A DNA stretch of 63,552 nucleotides, counting the filler, from Ministeria vibrans ATCC 50519 (taxonomy: Eukaryota; Protista; Filasterea), in assembly GCA_943704425.1 (NCBI GenBank). It is 5 parts of 5 records of this genome, joined end to end, with 100 filler letters (N's around TTAATTAATTAA, not from the genome) between each part and the next. Parts side by side here need not be neighbours in the genome. Positions count along the whole stretch, not along the records: positions 58,401 to 63,552 come from CALSCP010000376.1; 4 more parts are not named here. One strand, written 5' to 3'. A model generated the notes under the pieces. That model saw only the letters and a program-made list of their open reading frames with translations, had not been told where the DNA came from and did not search any database. The position numbers were made by a program, and so were the translations under genes. Numbering within the stretch: the stretch's first letter is position 1; each line of letters starts with the position of its first letter. Shown here piece after piece: positions 59,370-63,552 of this stretch.

Positions 59370-59401
59370 TTTTTTCTCTCTCGCTCTTGCCCTCTCTTCT
59401 G

Positions 59402-60851
59402 TCAAACTTCGTCCCATCGCACTACCAACCCAGCGGCAGAATACACATTGTGACCCTCCTACATAGTTGAAATTTCATGCACAGCAACGCAATTATTAAC
59501 AATTTTAATGTACCTGCGGCTCATTGCCAGTATGACTGTAATCCTCCAAACGGTAGACCTCTTTCCAGTCGTTGATGAGTCCTCCTGAGAACACAACGAC
59601 CTCGTCGACAGGCGTTTTGCTCAAGCGGAAGCTCGCCTGACTCAGAGGGAACGGAGGCGACAGGAATCTCGATAGGTGATTTGGAGCCACTCGTTCTGGC
59701 TGGCGGAAAAACACGTCGCAAGAGAGCGATGGCTCTTTCTCGTCATCGTGACGATGAGGTGCGACAGTCACCAACAGCGGCACGAGTTCGACCCAGGCGT
59801 CCTCTGACGCAAGGCACCCTTCACGCAACATGTGGTCGTTGCCGCGCAAAAGTCCCGCCTCAAGCGTCGCTAGTCCATACTGATGATCCAAGAGAAAGAC
59901 CACCGTGCTCAGGCATGGTGGTGCATCGGCTGTACGCCACTCGGTGAGAGCACGGCCAAACTCTTCGATTGCGTTGTTCAAGAGAGATGACTCATTTGCC
60001 GTCGTCGCTGTTGGCATTGTAGTCTTCGCATGTTGTAGCAAAGGTGCCTCTTGTCGCACCAGTGGCTCGCCAGTGTAGCAGTCCATTTGGGAGTACTCTT
60101 GAAAGTTTGTTTTGGAAAATTGCAAATCGTACTGCAGCACGACTCGAACACCCGATGTCACAGGCTCCACGCAGTGTGGAATGTCAGTGTAGAACGTGGC
60201 AAGTCCAAACATGAATTGCTCGTTTGACAGCACATCTGCCGTGAGACGCTCTTCTTTGCGAACCACCTCACCGAAATCGTCCTTTCCAACGCCCATCAGA
60301 ACCAAGTCGCCCCCTGTAAAGCGACTGCCAAGTTGCAGCACGGCCGTTGCCGCATGGTCTACATCGTGTACCGTGTCACGATGTACTTCAAAGTGACCTC
60401 CTTCCTTGTACAAATGCATCTTGTACAGTGTTGTCGAGACACGTCGCAGAGGAGGGACGATTTCTGCAGCATGCCGTGTGACGTTCAGTGCGAATGGAGC
60501 GTGGTTTGCAGAAGGGTCTTCCAGTTTAAGACGCGCTGCAGGTATCTCGAGAGCGCTGCGAATGGTCGAGTCAAGAACTGACTCGGTTCCCTGCCCAAAC
60601 GGCGCTGGAGTGGCGTGCGACAGAAGAACGTCAACATTTGGTTGAGAAAATGTCCCAGCGTCTTCGCCGTCTACTTCAATGCGAACGTTCTCCATTGGAC
60701 TTGTCCGAAGACTCGTCACTTTTGTGCTCTGTTGTACAGAGAGATGCTTGAGAGGTTGGACGAGGCTGTCTGAAATGGCGAGCAAAGGGAATTTTTGTTG
60801 GTCTCGCGAGACATGCTGAAACACGTCGCGGTACGCGACGAGAAACTCCAT
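59402..60851 (-). CDS. 2OG-Fe(II) oxygenase superfamily protein (copy 1)
   Basis: APFGQGTESVLDSTIR, LYKMHLYKEGGHFEVHRDT (HxD), HCVEPVTSGVRVVLQYDL (distal His, 2OG-binding Arg) and LDHQY. The last exon 59458-59402 reads EGHNVYSAAGLVVRWDEV*. Confidence 0.82.
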
Positions 60852-61181
60852 AGTGTTTTAGTTTAGCGAAGAAAATTCAAACCGTGGTCGCAAAAGTCTC
60901 GAGTGAGTGAAAAGAGCAGAGTAGAAAAAAAATTAATAAATTATTATTAGGAATAAATAAAGTCGAAAATTTTACTCTACTATTTCACTGATGATAATAT
61001 TATCGTCACCCGCGAAAACACAGCCAGACCGCTTTGAAAACTTAACCAAACCTCTAGAGGTAACATGAGTAAAAACAAAATAGTATAGCAATTGTTCATA
61101 ATAATTATTCTAAAATTAATACGAAAAACTCTGTTCAAAGGCGAAAAAAAATTCAATGTCATTATCATCACAACAAAATCA

Positions 61182-62622
61182 CTAGTGACTCCAGCGCACT
61201 ACAAGTCCCGCAGCATAAAACACAGTGAAACCATTCTGTAGTGAAGTAAAATCTACATAAGTACTTCTTTTGTCGTTTTTTTACCTTTCCGCGAAAAAGA
61301 CCATCTCTTTCGATTCGTGAAACATCGTAGATTTTCTGCCATCCATTGACTTTGCCGCTCGCAAACACAACCATCTCCTCGAAAGGCGTTTGGTAGAGTC
61401 GTTCGCAGGCGGAAGTCGAATGAAAGCCTTGTGGAAGGTCCTTCATGGCGGGATGGTAGTGTACGTCGCATGTGAGCGACGGGACGCCGTGATACTCGTG
61501 CGGCGACCAGGAGACAAGCATGTTCACCAGCTCAACTGAGGCGCCGCGAGACGCGAGACAACCTTCTCGTAACAGATGGTCGTTGTCATTGAGGTACATC
61601 TGACTGGCGTACGTGTTAGTATAGATGTGGTCGAGAAGGAAAACGACGCTTGTCGTCTCTGGGTGCAACTGATGCCAGTCGGAAAGAGCGTCACCAAACC
61701 GAGAGATGGCGTCGCCAAGGTTGGTGTGGGAGGAACGGAGCGCGACATGTTCGTACAAGCCTTCGGGGTGTTTCTGCATACGAGATTCCGCCAAGTTCAA
61801 CAAGATGCAGCTTGAATCGGAACCAAGCTGGTGAAACAATGGTGCGTTGGTGTTGGTGGGCGCGTCGAGTGGCCAAAAGCTCACGTGAAAGTGCAGTTCA
61901 AGGCGCACACCCGACTTGACCGGATCAACGCGGCGTGCAACGTTATTGAAATATATCGCCGCTTGAACTTTTCCATTTCTTGTCTGTCGGGACGCGAGAC
62001 GCAGCTCGCGACCGGACATGTCGCCCAAACTGCTCAATCTGTCACCTTCCAAGATCACCAAATCCCCTCCCGTCGATGGAGTTTGAAGTAGCAGCACGAC
62101 GGTTGCAGTGCGTTCAGCATTCTCTCCCGAGTCGCTGTGCACATTGCAATGACCACCTTTGGTGTACAGCCGCATCTTGGTAAGCGTCGATGAATAGCTG
62201 TGGAAGGCGGGAATGACGTCGCAGAAGTTGTGATCGAAATCGTTACAGAGCAGGGGATCTGTCTTGCCATTCCAATGCGTGACGGTACAATAAGAGGATG
62301 GGATCTCAAACACGTTGCAACTACTGTTCGACGATTGGGAAAGCGCGAGCGAGTCAGGCGACAAATGGGGCGTCGGCGTGGCATGAGAAAGAAGCGTCTC
62401 AATGTTGGGCTTACAACAAGTACCAGCCTCTTCGCCATTCACAGTAATAAACAGCTGATCCATACACCAGTCAAACAAAAATTCACCCACTTTCGCCTTG
62501 GGCTGTCCGGTGAGGTGCTGTAGGGGCAAGGTAAGATTTTGTGGAACGGCATGCAAATGATGCTTTCGCTCTTCTGTCGCGACTTGCTCGTGCACCTTTG
62601 TGTACGCATTCGCAAACTCCAT
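61182..62622 (-). CDS. Divergent tandem paralog of the 2OG-Fe(II) oxygenase (copy 2)
   Basis: Collinear with copy 1: MEFANAY, LLSHATP, KMRLYTKGGHCNVHSD, RRVDPVKSGVRLELHF, LDHIY and DHLLREGCLAS. The last exon reads NGFTVFYAAGLVVRWSH*. Confidence 0.78.
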
Positions 62623-63452
62623 TAAGACGTCCAACAAAGCAATCCAAGGTGATGGTGAGGGTGCCGCCGTAAAGTCTTATGGAACACAAAAAAGAGAGTA
62701 AATTAAAAATATAATTATTTATTTTCATTAAAATAAAATGTGGGGGCAACGAAACTCAATTTAAAGGTTGATTAGACGCAAGAGTCATAACAATGGGATC
62801 AAAGATGAGGTTCTCACATACCACGCAGGAGGATTGGAGGAACTAAAAGATGAAACAAACAAAAAAGGCTGTCGAAAGACAAGAATAATTAAAGAAGAAT
62901 AAATCAGACTAACTTGCAAGAACCCATTTCAACTGAGTCTTTTCTGAGATAACTGATGCATTTCATGTTATAAGTCACTCATAACCAGCTAAACAAACCA
63001 AGACCGATGTATATACCCCAGGATAACAGATTGTTTTTCTTACACTCATACAATTCAAAACGTCTTCTACCAAACACAGGCACATACAATATTAAATACA
63101 CTTCACCCTAACCCTTGATAAAGGCGCTCGCACACATACCATCACCGCTTGGCGACGTACCAGCACCATCGGTGACCAGCTCACCTATACCTAATAGGAA
63201 GCACTATTTTCCACACGCACCACTAATATTGCCCAGACATTTTTCCAGGCTTTTCTGGAAATTTCTAGCTTGGGTGTCTGTCCGAGCTGTTGCATTATAG
63301 TTTTCAATACAGCTTACGTACTAAGATAGAATATATTTGGGGAAGCAGTCAAGCCAGCAGCACAAAGACCCGGTACGAAGCGCTTCACAAATATTTATGT
63401 GCACAGATGTTTCTCGCTCATAATAATAGTAATAATAGAAATCATAATAATC

Positions 63453-63552
<100 letters not shown>

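Overview
This is eukaryotic, intron-rich protist-like DNA with TTAGGG telomeric repeats. It consists of five assembly pieces joined by artificial N44-TTAATTAATTAA-N44 linkers, so synteny across the linkers is not meaningful. The main discovery is in the first 7.25 kb, which holds two tandem minus-strand genes that together suggest an LRR-[variable segment]-ROC-COR-caspase-like (Roco-protease) family. Between the LRR and ROC parts lies an array of codon-sized (3-nt) micro-exons, each separated by a near-identical GTAAG...TTTAG intron. There are 34 such micro-exons in one gene and at least 6 in the other. They sit in phase 1, so skipping any subset keeps the frame and creates new junction codons. 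This looks like a splicing-based combinatorial diversifier for an immune-type receptor. The rest of the window holds a histone H4 3' end, a DUF501 gene, and a ~22-kb giant EGF/LamG gene with an unknown beta-rich domain inserted inside seven EGF repeats. It also has a caspase-like + NB-ARC NLR and an SRP68 5' fragment (probably misplaced), ABCB8, and a 5'-truncated non-LTR RT fragment joined to telomeric repeats. Further genes are a KCTD-type BTB gene, SLC33A1, Tudor-SN, an SLC35F6-like transporter, a small EGF protein, a POMGNT1-like GT13, a PH-kinase, an EGF-TM protein, a ZNFX1-like fragment and two tandem 2OG-Fe(II) oxygenase-like genes. All calls come from manual reading of motifs and splice signals; no database searches were run.
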